From Octopus sinensis (Eukaryota), in assembly GCF_006345805.1 (NCBI RefSeq), contig NC_043016.1, forward strand, positions 27,032,001-27,096,000: a DNA stretch of 64,000 bases, in the 5' to 3' direction. Numbering within the stretch: position 1 is the stretch's first letter; every line of letters begins with the position of its first letter. Below, piece by piece: positions 12,818 through 24,776 of this stretch. The notes beneath the pieces are model-generated. The model ran no database searches, had not been told where the DNA came from, and worked only from the letters and a program-made list of their open reading frames with translations. A program made the position numbers and the translations under genes.

Positions 12818-13206
12818 CTTTTCTCTTCTTACTTGTTTCAGTCATTTGATTGCAGCCATGCTGGAGCACCGCCTTTAGTCGAGCAAATCGACCTCAGCAC
12901 TTATTCTTTGTAAGCCTAGTACTTATTCTATTGGTTCTCTTTTGCCGAACCGCTAATTTACGGGGACGTAAACACACCAGCATCGGCTGTCAAGCGATGT
13001 TGGGAGGACAAACAGACACACAAACACACATATATGTATACATATATGCGATGGGCTTCCTTCAGTTTCTGTCTGCCAAATCCACTCACAAGGCTTTGGT
13101 CGGCCCGAGGCTATAGTAGAAGACACTTGCCCAAGGTGCCACGCAGTGGGACTGAACTCGGAACCATGTGGTTGGTAAGCAAGCTACTTACCACACAGCC
13201 ACTCCA
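12818..13206 (-). mobile_element. SINE family A, near-intact copy
   Basis: Complete head, core and tail. Confidence 0.9.
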
Positions 13207-13830
13207 TATATAAATAAAATTAAGATAGTTGATAAACATTCCCTTCAAAAATCTGTCTGTCATATTAACATCTTATATTTAATCTAACGGGTAAGCTGGG
13301 ACTCTGTTGTCACTTGATCTCTTAGAAATAGTAACCAAATCACCCCACCCCTTTCCCAATCAAACACATCTTAATCCTAGATGATATAGTTCAAGGTACA
13401 CTGTTCTTAAAAAACAAAACACATACACAGAGGATACTCTCTCCTGGTATGATCATTGCTCTACTGGATGGATGAGAGGTGGTTTAGAGTTGAAAAATTT
13501 ATTTATACACTTAGAGTTGAATCAATAGTGTAACCATGATGTTCTGGTGAAACAGCTTTTTTTATTTGCATTGATTTTGTGTATTGTATGGTGGGGGTGG
13601 GGGTTGAAAAGTTTTGGTTTTGTGTGAAAGAAAATACAGGAGGATCACTCAATTATGATTTTATTCAGCATATTCCTCTCCCAGATTCTCTAAGTCCTGT
13701 AAAAGAACTCAGAAAGGAACTTTTCAGCATCCTCTTGTATAGTGCTGAGCATATATACTAATGCAAACATTTAAGCATAATTTCTTCTACTCTGAAATTA
13801 ATACTACATGAAGAAGGTTGCCAAATAGCC

Positions 13831-14059
13831 TTAACCCTTTCATTACCGTATTTATTTTGAGATGCTCTGTGTTTCTTTCAATTATTTTAAATATAACAAA
13901 GAATTTAATAAAATAACTTAGTTACCATTAAGGTAGTGTTAGGAACATAAATTGTGACTAAGGTTTGCTGGAAGATTTTAATTCAAAACTTATGAAAACA
14001 AGACATTTGTACTACAGAGCCAGAGGCGGTTTTGGCCGGGTTGGTAACGAAAGGGTTAA
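13831..14059. mobile_element. piggyBac-type MITE (TTAA TSD, CCCTTT TIR); second copy at 40496-40710
   Basis: TTAA|CCCTTTCATTACC...GGTAACGAAAGGG|TTAA. Confidence 0.85.
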
Positions 14060-14451
14060 TCCTAAGGACCCATGTGATTAAATAAATATTTATTTCACCT
14101 ATCATATCTCCTGACTTTTCTGTGGTGTGTGTGTGTGTGTGTGTATATCCAGCCATGGGATAGGTGATTTGGCAGGAGTTCGCAACCCAATGCCAAGAGA
14201 TTAAAATATGATAGAGGAACAGAAATGGGTCCCTTGCTATAGAAGAGATGCATGGCTAGCTCTGTTGGAAAAGATAGGTAGGTATATAGATAGATGGTGA
14301 TGTGTCAGGGCATATATACTGAGGGAGAGGGGGGAGAGACATTCATCATCTATAACTGTTGCTATGTGTGCATGTTTGTTTTTAGTGATAAAGTTTCAAT
14401 ATTATTCTGATATTGCTCTTCATCTGATTTTCTTTTTGTTTCTTTCAACAG

Positions 14452-14851
14452 GTATTGACTGCTGTTATACATTTTGACCACCTTTCAACTTATCTATGTA
14501 TGAAGAGGACGTTGTTTTGAAACCATGGTTCCTGCAAATATAACTAGTTTTGTACTAAAATTACTAAATCCCCAAAGTTCTTCATCAGTTTTATTTATTC
14601 CATTAATCTGGTAATAGAAAAAAAAAATATTAGATACAATGCAAGAAAGTTCTGACTTTGAAAATATATTCACTGCTCTAATTACAATTTTCTTGTTAAT
14701 TTATATTTAAAAGTTTTTCATGATACCTGGAAATTAAAAATTTCATTAGTTGTAGTAATAATATCAATTATAATAGAAATATATTCATTTACTAGTAAAA
14801 AAAATAAGTTTATTACTTTCATTTGAAATGACTGAAGAATAATGGTATGAC
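14452..14851 (+). other. 5' UTR portion of the SIPA1L ATG-containing exon
   Basis: Strong acceptor ctgattttctttttgtttctttcaacag|G at 14451/14452 with a CTGAT branch-like site upstream; no repeats between it and the ATG. Confidence 0.65.
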
Positions 14852-16253
14852 ATGGCGTCAGATGAACCAGTTTCATCAAAACGAAGAGCAGGTAGGGGCT
14901 CTTCTTATATAATACCTTTGGACACATCTCCTCCCAGGACAAAGAAATCTGCTGATTATGGCCAGAAACCAGTTCTGAATGAAAAGGTTTCTAATAACAT
15001 ATGTGATGATGAGAATGATGCATGTAGACATCTTAATGAAACAGACGATGTGGGTGGAGAGAGAGACTATTTTCAGACCCGAGAAAACTTTCAACGAACT
15101 AGTTTGAGATATCTTGAAATGCATCGGTCGAGTACAGAAAAGTTTCTAGCTCGACACAGAGCAGCTTACCAAATGAACCAACCACCTACTGAGAAACCGA
15201 TTTCCAATCAGACAGCTAAAGTTAAAAATGAGGGCAAGGCTCAGCAGTTAAGTCGGGCTGGTCTGTATCGGAGCAATAGTAATTTAGAGATGGATTGTGT
15301 AGAATATTCTGATGAAGATGTATCTAAAACTGTTGTTTCTTCTCGCAGAGAATATGGAAGTACATCTTCACTTGATACTATTCCAACAAACCATGAAGGT
15401 TTCTTTGATATGGTAAGAGATTATAAACTTAGGAATGCAGACCAAAGAAGTCCTGCTCCTCCAAAGTTTCATGAAGTCTTACGAGGGAAGGCAATGCCTG
15501 AAAAGCTGACTCCAAGCAGCCACGGTGGTATGAAATCAGAATGTCTTTCTTCTGAAAAAGATTCTGAAAGCACTCAAAGTCCAAAATTGAAAACAAAATT
15601 TAAGCACAAAGATCGCAAAGTACGTGCAAAGTCAATCACTGGAGAAGCTGGGTCAGGAATATTCCGAAAGTTACGAGGTGCAAAAGTTGATGGATCAGAT
15701 ATGGGAATGAAAACTTCCGATGTATCAGATGGGTTTGATAGTCGGAACGAGGAGAGAATAATGCGTAAAGCATTTGTTCATTTTGATTGTCAAAGCATTG
15801 GCATTAATGTCTATGATTTGATAGATAAACGAAATAACGCTACAGAGAGGAAAAATACTACAACCGGGGCATCTGCTGCATCTGTTAATCGTAACAGCTA
15901 CACAGGAGACAAAGATAACTCTGAACTGTGTGCTGAACAGGACGAAGGAGACAACAAAAGTAATAATTTAGTGTTGAGTTGTCCATTTTTTCGAAATGAG
16001 TTGGGCGGTGAGGAATGTCGTAACATTAGCTTATGTAAAGTCACAGCGCAGAAACGAAACAAGCTACCTTCCAACAAAGAAATAGAACATGGTGTTATTT
16101 ATCGGAATTCTATTTGTACAGGAATCTCAGTCTTAGACTCCTCTTTGAACTCATCTGGTCAGTCATTGCCATCATTTGTAAAACACAAAGACTTCATTAT
16201 TGAATATGTGGATTATGGTGCTTACTATTACAGACACTTTTTTAATGGAACTG
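14852..16253 (+). CDS. SIPA1L: First coding exon (N-terminal ~467 aa) of a signal-induced proliferation-associated 1-like Rap1 GAP (SIPA1L1/2/3, SPAR family); partial gene
   Basis: 469-aa ORF with non-repetitive composition and recognisable family motifs: [57 protein letters not shown] and IEYVDYGAYYYRHFF. These match recalled vertebrate SIPA1L1 motifs ([56 protein letters not shown]) that precede the RapGAP domain. Start context gacATGG. The ORF ends at a consensus donor ACTG|GTAAGT (16253/16254), phase 1. Confidence 0.95.
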
Positions 16254-16399
16254 GTAAGTAAAGAACTCATATAATCGTTTGCAACATCTCAATTTTTTAA
16301 ATTATAATTTTATGATTCATTTAGGAATTTCATAATGTATATCTTTTTGTTTGTTTTCCTGTCCCGACTACTGTTATTATATGGCCTAGCTTCAGTGAA

Positions 16400-16735
16400 A
16401 GTACATGGGTCAATCATTAGAGTGTTGGGCTCACAATCATGAGGTAGTGAGTTTGATTCCCAGACCCAGATTAGGCTGTGGGTCGTGTTTTTGAGCAAGA
16501 CACTTCATTTCACGTTGCTCCAGTTCACTCATCTGTAGAAACGAGTTGCGACGTCACTGGTACCAAGCTGTGTTAGCCTTTGCCTTTCCCTTGGATAACA
16601 TTGGTGGCATGGAGAGGGGAGACTGGTATGCATGGGCGATTTCTTGTCTGGCATAAACAACCTTGCCTAAATTTGTGCCTCAGAGGACAAGTTTCTAGAT
16701 GCAATCCTATGGTCATCAATGACCGAAGGGGCTTT
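16400..16735 (+). mobile_element. tRNA-derived SINE family B (central ttgagcaagacact...gctccagttcactca domain, RTE-like 3' end)
   Basis: Degenerate A box and B box (gagtttgattccc); collinear with 26189-26510. Confidence 0.8.
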
Positions 16736-17591
16736 AGCTTCAGCCGAAATATCATAAAGTATGTCTTAATTTTTATTTTCTGAGCAACTGATATTGTGTG
16801 TTCAATTCCATTGTGTGGCACTGTAGGCAGACACTGATGTTTTGTAGTAGAATTTGGTAGATGGAAACCCAGTGTCTGTATGTGTGTACATAGACAAGTG
16901 CATGTCTCTGTGTATCCACCAGTTTAAAAGGTGGTGTGGCTTGTGTCCACCAGTATCCTGTCAGTTAGGTTGGCAGATATGTCTGGCATATAGAATTATT
17001 GGACGGGGAGAAGGTGCTCAATGTCCTATCTTTCCTGCAGGTATTGACATACGCAAATTTTTGAGGAATGGAGAGCTTATGAAGGCTATAGACAGTGCCC
17101 CTTTTTGTTTTTGCAGGCAGGGCAAGTTAAGAAAAAAATTTTTTGTTAGTATTTTGAATATTACTACTGAATAATTATAGTAAAGTAAGAGACAAAAATA
17201 ATAGTCATGGAAAATATCCTATATGATGTTGATTGCTGTAATTATAGTAGATTAACTATTTAGAGAGGCTAATAAGCTAAATTTGACGAGAGTAAAGAAA
17301 CATGTTTTTGAATGTGATTATGTAACCTCATTTTATTCCACTCACTCTATTAACTCATTCAGATCTAAAATGCTTCAGTTTTTCATCCCCCTTTTAATGG
17401 TTTGCAGCACACATGACCCAAACACAAAAAAAGGTTAACCTCAATAATGCATGCACAATATAGTATTCATTCATCATCAGGTTCCATCAAATGTGCTTGA
17501 ATTTAAAGAATCTTTATTACAAGCATACACCACTTACAGATCTTTTTCATATCAGTACTTGTGAGTGGATTTCGTAGACAGAAACTGAAAG

Positions 17592-17623
<32 letters not shown>

Positions 17624-19135
17624 CCTGTTTACATCATGTGATGGTTGTAAATGAGAATCACCATCATACAAGTGATACTTGTTTCCAGTCTTCTGTAAAA
17701 AAGTATATCTGGCCAAGGGGAAATATTACTTTGTTTGGAAACAGACAAGGGTTGGTGACAGAAAGGGCACCCAGCCACAGAAGTTCCACCCCCGTCAAAT
17801 TCCATCAAGGAGGAGGATTATATGGCGATGATACTTTCCCTATGCATGTGTGAGCAAATGTCGATACTCTATGTTGCCACCTTATCTAGACTAGTGGTGG
17901 GGTTGACATCCCTTGCTGAATTTAAAACTGATTGCCTTTCAAAATAAATCCCCGTTAGAAACACCTCTTAGATTCGAGTTAACTGGTAAGCTGGACCTCT
18001 GTTGTCATTTGATCTTTTAGAAATAGTAACCAAATCACACTCGGCACATTCTATTATTTTAGATCAAGCACATCTTAATCCTAGCTAATATAGTTCAAGG
18101 CACACAGTTCTTGTAAAAAAAACAAAAAACAAAAAAAAACATGGAAAGCTCATCACTTATTCAGACATCATCATCAGTTTTTAATGTTTTCTTTTCTAAG
18201 CATGCATAACAGGGACACATATATATATATATATACACACAAAGAGACACATTGTGTGTGTGTGTCGGGGGTAGGGGGAAACTTCTTTCAGTTCCCATCT
18301 ACCAAATCCATTCACAAAGTTTTGGTTGGCCCAGGGTTATAGTAGACACTTGCTCAAGGTGCTGCACAGTGATACTGAATCCGAAACCATGTGACTGGGA
18401 AATCAAGATAGGTCTTCATTGTCCTGCCACTACAAACTAAAACCAAAAACTTAATGGATGTATTCACAATGTAAAGAAATGCTAAACTGACATTAACATC
18501 AATGTGAAGCACTTTTACATCTTTGTTAGGTCTGATGTAGCAACTTGACATAAAAATAGAGAAGAGTGTTAGGATTGTGTGTATAAATATCTCCAGAAGG
18601 ACTTGTTAAAACATTGAGATAAGTGTTTCCTAATTGCTTTTTTTCATATTTTAAAATATATTCAAATATTCAATGATTTATGAGACACCAGGCTCAAATT
18701 GTCAGCGGAAATAGTGGGGTTGGGATTTTAGAGCTGTTTGATTAAAAGTTTATTTATGAACATTGTTACTGTACATATATGTATTGTCATGTACTTTACT
18801 TCGCTGTTTGGTGAATCGACAAAGATATTTATCTTTTATCTTTTACTTGCTTCAGTCTTTGGACTGTGGTTATGCTGGGTACTGCCTTGAAGGATGTAGT
18901 CAACCAAATTGACTTCAGTGTTTATTTTTTAAAGTTTAGTACTTATTCTATTAGTCTCTTTTGCTGAACTGATACATTATGTTGATGTAAATAAACCACC
19001 ACTGACTGTCAAGCAGTGGTGAGGGTAAACCCAGATGCATACATACACACATAAGAGTTTCTTTTTGTTTCTGTCTACCAAATCCAGATGCAAAACTTTG
19101 GTCTTTACATATATATATATATATATATATACACA

Positions 19136-20021
19136 CAGGGTGTGATGGGTAAATTGTTGCCATTTTATATTTTTTATTTTGTGCATGTGCATTGTTTATG
19201 ATTTTGTTGACTACACAGTATAGTAGGGTCAGTTGGGCACCATCTGTGAGAAAAACAGCTTATTAGCGATACAATATGTCGTTTCCAAATTTCTGGCAGA
19301 GTGAACTCTGCCGGAAATTTGGAAACGACATGTTGTATCGCTTGGCATTTGCACTGGAAGTTCCAATACAAACATTTCAGAGTGTTTGGGCTTCAGTCTG
19401 AGGACATGAACCGAGAATGGTAAAAATCAAGCAACCAATTAATATCATGGTGTTGGTGTGATCACTAGTGATGGCAATGTTATGCCTCTATTCACCTTCC
19501 CATATGGCCTCGGACTCAACACAGAGGCCTAAATCAAGTGCATGGTGGAGGTAGTGCTGCCCTGGGTGAAGAGGGTGGCTACTGGAAGACCCTATGTCTG
19601 GCAACAGGACTCTGCACCATTCCACATAAGCAGGAGAACCTAGTCATGGCTGTCACACAATTTCTACAACCACATCACATGTAACATCTGGCCACCAGAC
19701 TCTCCAGACTTGATTATTATGTGTGGGGCACAGTTGAGCAAGAGACCAACAAAACCCCTTGTAAAACCAAAGATGAACTGAAGGTAAGAATTATGGCAGC
19801 ATTCACCAACTTAAACAAGGAGACCGTCCAGAAGAGTTGCAGGATATTTCGAAGTTGTTTGGAGGCTGTGGTTGAAGCCAATGGTGATTTTGTTGAATAG
19901 ATTTACTCTTTAGTATTTCAAGATATTTTTACGTAATTTTAGTAAATATCTGTTAAACTGAGATGTCAGTGTTGTTTTCATTTTTGCGAAATCTAGAAGA
20001 TAGTTTATTCACCGCAACCTA
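19136..20021 (+). mobile_element. Internally deleted, degenerate DD37D (maT-type) Tc1/mariner transposon
   Basis: GVITSDG.VMP...PYVWQQDSAP.H...WPPDSPD/DYYVWG...LEAVVEANGDFVE*. The D-D spacing is 37 if the deleted xNPL is restored. Imperfect TIRs cagggtgtgatgggtaaatt / agtttattcaccgcaacct within TA runs. Confidence 0.88.
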
Positions 20022-20091
20022 TATATAGTTTATGACAAAAAAAACTTCGCACATATGTGTGTATATAATATGGGAGGCTTTTGCCACACCC

Positions 20092-20096
<5 letters not shown>

Positions 20097-20133
<37 letters not shown>

Positions 20134-20510
20134 ATATATATGTATGTATATATATATGTATGTATATATATATGTATGTATATATATATGTATGTATGTA
20201 TATATATATGTATGTATGTATATATGTATATATGTATATATATATATGTATATATGTATATATATATGTATGTATGTATATATATATGTATGTATGTATA
20301 TATATATGTATGTATGTATATATGTATATATGTATATATATATGTATATATGTATATATATATGTATATATGTATATATATATGTATATATGTATGTATG
20401 TATATATGTATATATGTATGTATATATGTATATATGTATATATATATGTATATATGTATATATATATGTATATATGTATGTATATATGTATATATATATG
20501 TATATATATA
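20097..20510. repeat. ~410-bp (TA)n/(TATG)n compound microsatellite
   Basis: Directly visible; many shorter (TA)n, (CA)n, (TTA)n and (CAT)n tracts occur across the window. Confidence 0.97.
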
Positions 20511-20738
20511 TAGGGTTGCCTAAAAGTCACCGGACAGTAAATCAAAACCATTTATTCCAAGATTTATTTATGTTTAACAACTGAATGAATTCAGTAAAAG
20601 CATCTGAATACGAAACCTGATGAAAATTGTTCAAACTGAAGTCCTTCTTGTAAACATTCATAATTGGAATGAATGAATAAATTTGAATATTCTTTATGGA
20701 ATTTTGATTTACTGTCAGGTGAGCTTTAGCCAACCCTG
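20511..20738. mobile_element. Tc1/mariner-type MITE with ~36-bp TIRs
   Basis: Left end agggttgcctaaaagtcaccggacagtaaatcaaaa; reverse complement of right end agggttggctaaagctcacctgacagtaaatcaaaa; TA-flanked. Confidence 0.85.
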
Positions 20739-21111
20739 CATATATACACACATTACACACACAGATTGGAAAAGAGCATTGCCTGATGGTTGGGATTTGG
20801 GGTTCACACTTGTAGGATACATAGGTTTATTCCTGAATTGGGCACTATGTAAAAGCACTTCTTCTCGATTATATATAATCTCATGTTACTCCACTCCTAA
20901 AAGGAAAAAGTGTAAAAAGGTTGCCCTCTTTTGTTTGTCATTGAAACATTGGTAATTATTCAAAATTACTCAATAGTTCTAGTAGTAGTTAAGATGTCTA
21001 GAGACTCTGTGGAACCAGCTGAATACTTCAGTTTAATATGTCCAGCATTTGAATCATTGCTATTTTACTTAACCCATTGTAATGACACTTCCCTTCACAC
21101 AAAAACAATAC

Positions 21112-22316
21112 TTGAACTTAGAATTCTAAGCAATTAGTTTCAGTTTGAATAGTCAGCCTAGGTTTGTTTCTCCTCATTGAGCCATTATCCTGCACTTGTA
21201 TGTTTGGAGTACCACGTAGTGCCTGCCTCACCATTGTGAGTTCAATTCTTGCTGAAGATGACATTAGTTTCCATTCTTTTGGAGATGACAAACTAGCTAC
21301 TTATAATATACTGGAGTTGCTTGAGTAAATTTCAGTTAATACTCGTAAGAAACACCAGCCATAGAAACCAAGTTAAAATAGACTGTGGAACCTGCTGTGG
21401 CCCCTGGCCTTGCTAGTTTCTGTCAAGCCATCCAACTGATGTCGGTGTGAAAAATGGATGTTAAATGTTGATGATAATGATGGTAATTTATTTTTTTAAC
21501 CCACTACTCCACCATTTTTACTAAATGGCATTTTACAAATCTCCTTGATTATATTTTGCAAGAAAAATAAATAGATTATTGGAATCAAACAGAAGCTAAT
21601 TTATTTGTGTTTTGGTTTATTATCCATATTTTGTTATAGTATCTTAAGTCACATGCTTCTTTTGAGATATTTTCTGGACTACTGATTTTTAACTGTTTTG
21701 GTACCAACCTACCCAAAACTATCCCTAATTGTGTTACAAATTCCTAGTTTTAAAGTGATCTAAATAAAAAGCCTTCATTAAAATTTTATCTTAATTGATA
21801 TTCCAAGCTTAGTAATGAATTATTTTACCACATTCCTTTTCAGAATTAATTGAAACAAAGATTTTATATTTCAACAGAAACATAGAAACAAAAGGATTAA
21901 AATGGTCGAACTTGTCCATCAAAATTTTATTTCAATGTGTGTTCCAAACACCAGCTTAATTATGACAAAATTGTTTTTTCTAAATTCTTCATTATTTTCA
22001 AAATTAATTGAAACACATGCAGTGTATTTCAACAGAAAAATAGTAACTAAAGAGTAACGTTGAATTTTAGAAATTACCAAAGGTGTGGACTTAAATAATG
22101 AGATTAAATTGGACCTTGGTATTTGATCATACATCTGTTGTTGATAAAAATTACTATCAGCATATTTAATATTTCTTAGAATTGAACTTAGAATTCTAAG
22201 CTAGTTAGCAATTAGTTTCAGTTTGAATAGTCAGCCTAGGTTTGTTTCTCCTCACTGAGCTATAATCCTGCACTTGTATGTTTGGAGTACCATGTGGTGT
22301 CTGCCTTACCATTGTG
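21112..22316 (+). repeat. Dispersed direct duplication of ~130 bp (21112-21238 and 22182-22316)
   Basis: ttgaacttagaattctaagc...ccattgtg in both copies, with several substitutions and an 8-bp insertion. Confidence 0.85.
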
Positions 22317-22560
22317 GGTCAGATATGTTTTTACAGAATATTAGAAATGAACAACACTGTTTGTGTGACAGTAACACTTATTTACAACTCATGCAATGTC
22401 AAGACACATGGATGCATGCACGTGCGCACACACTCATATACACACCTTTCAGTTTCTGTCAAATCTACTCTGAAGACTTCTGGTGACCTGGAGCTCTGTT
22501 AAGACATTCCCAAGGTGCCATCCAGTGGGACTGAACCTGAAACCATGTGGTTGGGGGGAT

Positions 22561-23150
22561 GCCAGCCCAGGGGTCTCCGTTGGTCATGGCTGACCATGTA
22601 TAATGTCATCCGTCCGTTGAGATGTCTATTCAGTTTTTGCATCACCTCCTGTGGCTGTAGAGGCCGATGCGAGAGTGGCAGTCTCATTTGCGGAGGGCAC
22701 ACCTATATGTTAAATCCGGTCTGTTGGCTGTCATTTCTTTTCTATGGGCTCGGTTTTCAGCTGCCGCCACCCTCAAATTCTCTTCATCAGTCTGCAGTTG
22801 TTTGTGAAGAGTGCCTCTCCAGCTGGTTTGGTTGGCTGCAAGATCCTTCAAGGAATTGGTGTTGATGCCAAGTGCCTTCATATCCCTCCTGCACACGTCC
22901 CTGTACCTCAGCTTGGGGTGGGGTGGGGGCAATGTTTCTCCGCCCTGCGACAAGCTCTCTGAAGAGAACATCCTTTGGGATCCAACCATCCTCCATATGG
23001 TGAACGTGGCCAAGCCAGTGCAGCCGGCGTTGTTTTAGCAAGGTGAGCATGGTGGGGAGGCCAGCATGAGACAGAACGTCAGTATTGATTACTTTGTCTA
23101 GCCAGGAGATGCCGAGTAAGCGTCGGAGGCTTCTGTGGTAGAAGGTATTA
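22561..23150 (-). mobile_element. 5'-truncated RTE-clade LINE (ORF2 C-terminus plus 3' UTR), frameshifted
   Basis: LKQRRLHWLGHVHHMEDGWIPKDVLF and KLRYRDVCRRDMKALGI...SWR, typical of the RTE post-RT region, with a terminal C..C..SRIGLYSH remnant. Confidence 0.9.
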
Positions 23151-23255
23151 ATATCATTAATATGGAAGAAAAAGTGAAAGTCTGAAAAAGTATTTTTTTA
23201 TTTTCTATTTTTCATTTCCTCTTTATTGGAGTTCATTTTTCTTCAAGGAATGAAA

Positions 23256-23437
23256 TTAACCCATTACAAGTCCTGTGTATCGCATGTGATACACAAAACA
23301 TATTTCCCTGGTGTCCATGCATCATATATGATACACTTTACCAATTTTTTTCAAATACCAGAGTGAGTGGAAACTTATGAAAGGAATGCTTTATATTACA
23401 AAGGTTAACTAGAAGTTTTGAACAGGTAAAGGGTTAA
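23256..23437. mobile_element. TTAA-flanked MITE-like element
   Basis: TTAA|CCCATTAC...GTAAAGGG|TTAA; internal duplicated palindromic tatcgcatgtgata / catcatatatgata. Confidence 0.6.
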
Positions 23438-24044
23438 TTTTACAAAATTTATCACCAAGAATTTATTTGGGAATTGTTCTGTTTTTGATTCATAGCAGAC
23501 ACTTAGTGTTAACTCACATAATGCAGAGAATATTAAAGTCAATTAAATATTAAGATATTTAATAATTGCTACATCAAATGTTAACTAGTAATGTGGCAAG
23601 GAAAAAAAGAAACACAATATATGTATGTGTGGTATGTATGTGCATGCGTGTGTGTACTTGTATGCACATATACTTGTGTGTATATATGTGTACCTGTATG
23701 TGTGTGGACCTTCCAGCCTTCTTCAGATGCCTGTTACATGTAGTTGCATTCTTGAAATTTAGAACTGAATTCTTCTTTAAATCCATGAGATAAATTGTTT
23801 GCATTCTGTTGTCCATATCAAGGATATTCTCCAAAATGTCAGTCTTCTACACAGAATGTTGCTTGCTTAGTCCTTTTCTTTTTTCCTTGTCTCTTCACCT
23901 GTTTGTCTTGGAGGAAATGGCTGTGTACATAGACATTGCAGTACTTCCCAGAGCAGTGAAATCATTGCTGTAAATGTTACTCATGAATTTTTGCAAGACA
24001 ACAGCTGTGGTAAAGACATGAGCACAGAGTGAACCAGTTTGTGT

Positions 24045-24776
24045 ATAGATGTGTGTATATAAAGCTTGCTTCTCAACCATGAGGTCTTGACTTCAGTCCC
24101 ACTGTTTGGACTTTGGGCGAGTATCTTCTACTGTATGACCCTAGGCTGACCAAAGCTTTGAATGGATTTGCTAAACTGAAAGAAGCCTGGTGTGTGTACA
24201 TATATAATGAGTCTGTGTTGTTTGTCCCCTCCCCCTCTTTTATATTGTTGATAGTTTAAGTCCCTGTATCTTAGCAGTTCAGCAAAAGAGACTGATAGAA
24301 TATGCGCCGGACATAAAAATAAATTTCAGGGTTGATTTGTTTAACTAAACCCTTCAAGGTAGTGTCCCATCATGGCTGCAGTCTAATGACTAGGAGTGGC
24401 TGTGTGGTATGTAGCTTGCTTATGAACCACATGGTTCCGTGTTCAGTCCCACTGTGTGGCACCTTGGGCAAGTGTCTTCTATTATAGCCTTGGGCCGATC
24501 AAAGCCTTGTGAGTGGATTTGGAAGATGGAAACCGAAAGAAGCCTGTCTTATATATGTATGTGTGTATACATTTGTGTCTGTGTTTGTCCTCCCAACATC
24601 GCTTGACAACCGAAGCTAGTGTGTTTATGTCCCTGTAACTTAGCAGTTCAGCAAAAGAGACCGATAGAATAAGTAGTAGGCTTACAAAGAATAAGTCCTG
24701 GGGGTCGATTTGCTCAACTAAAGGCGGTGCTCCAGCATGGCTACAGTCAAATGACTGAAGCATGTAAAAGAGAGTA
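24045..24776 (+). mobile_element. Two tandem family A SINEs: older copy 24045-24390, younger copy 24391-24776
   Basis: Second head taggagtggctgtgtgg begins within the tail of the first copy. Confidence 0.85.

Noticed and set aside
16254-16261. Reading the 469-aa ORF as a complete single-exon protein ending GTGK*
   Set aside because: The stop lies just past a consensus GTAAGT donor, and the RapGAP and PDZ domains of the family are still missing
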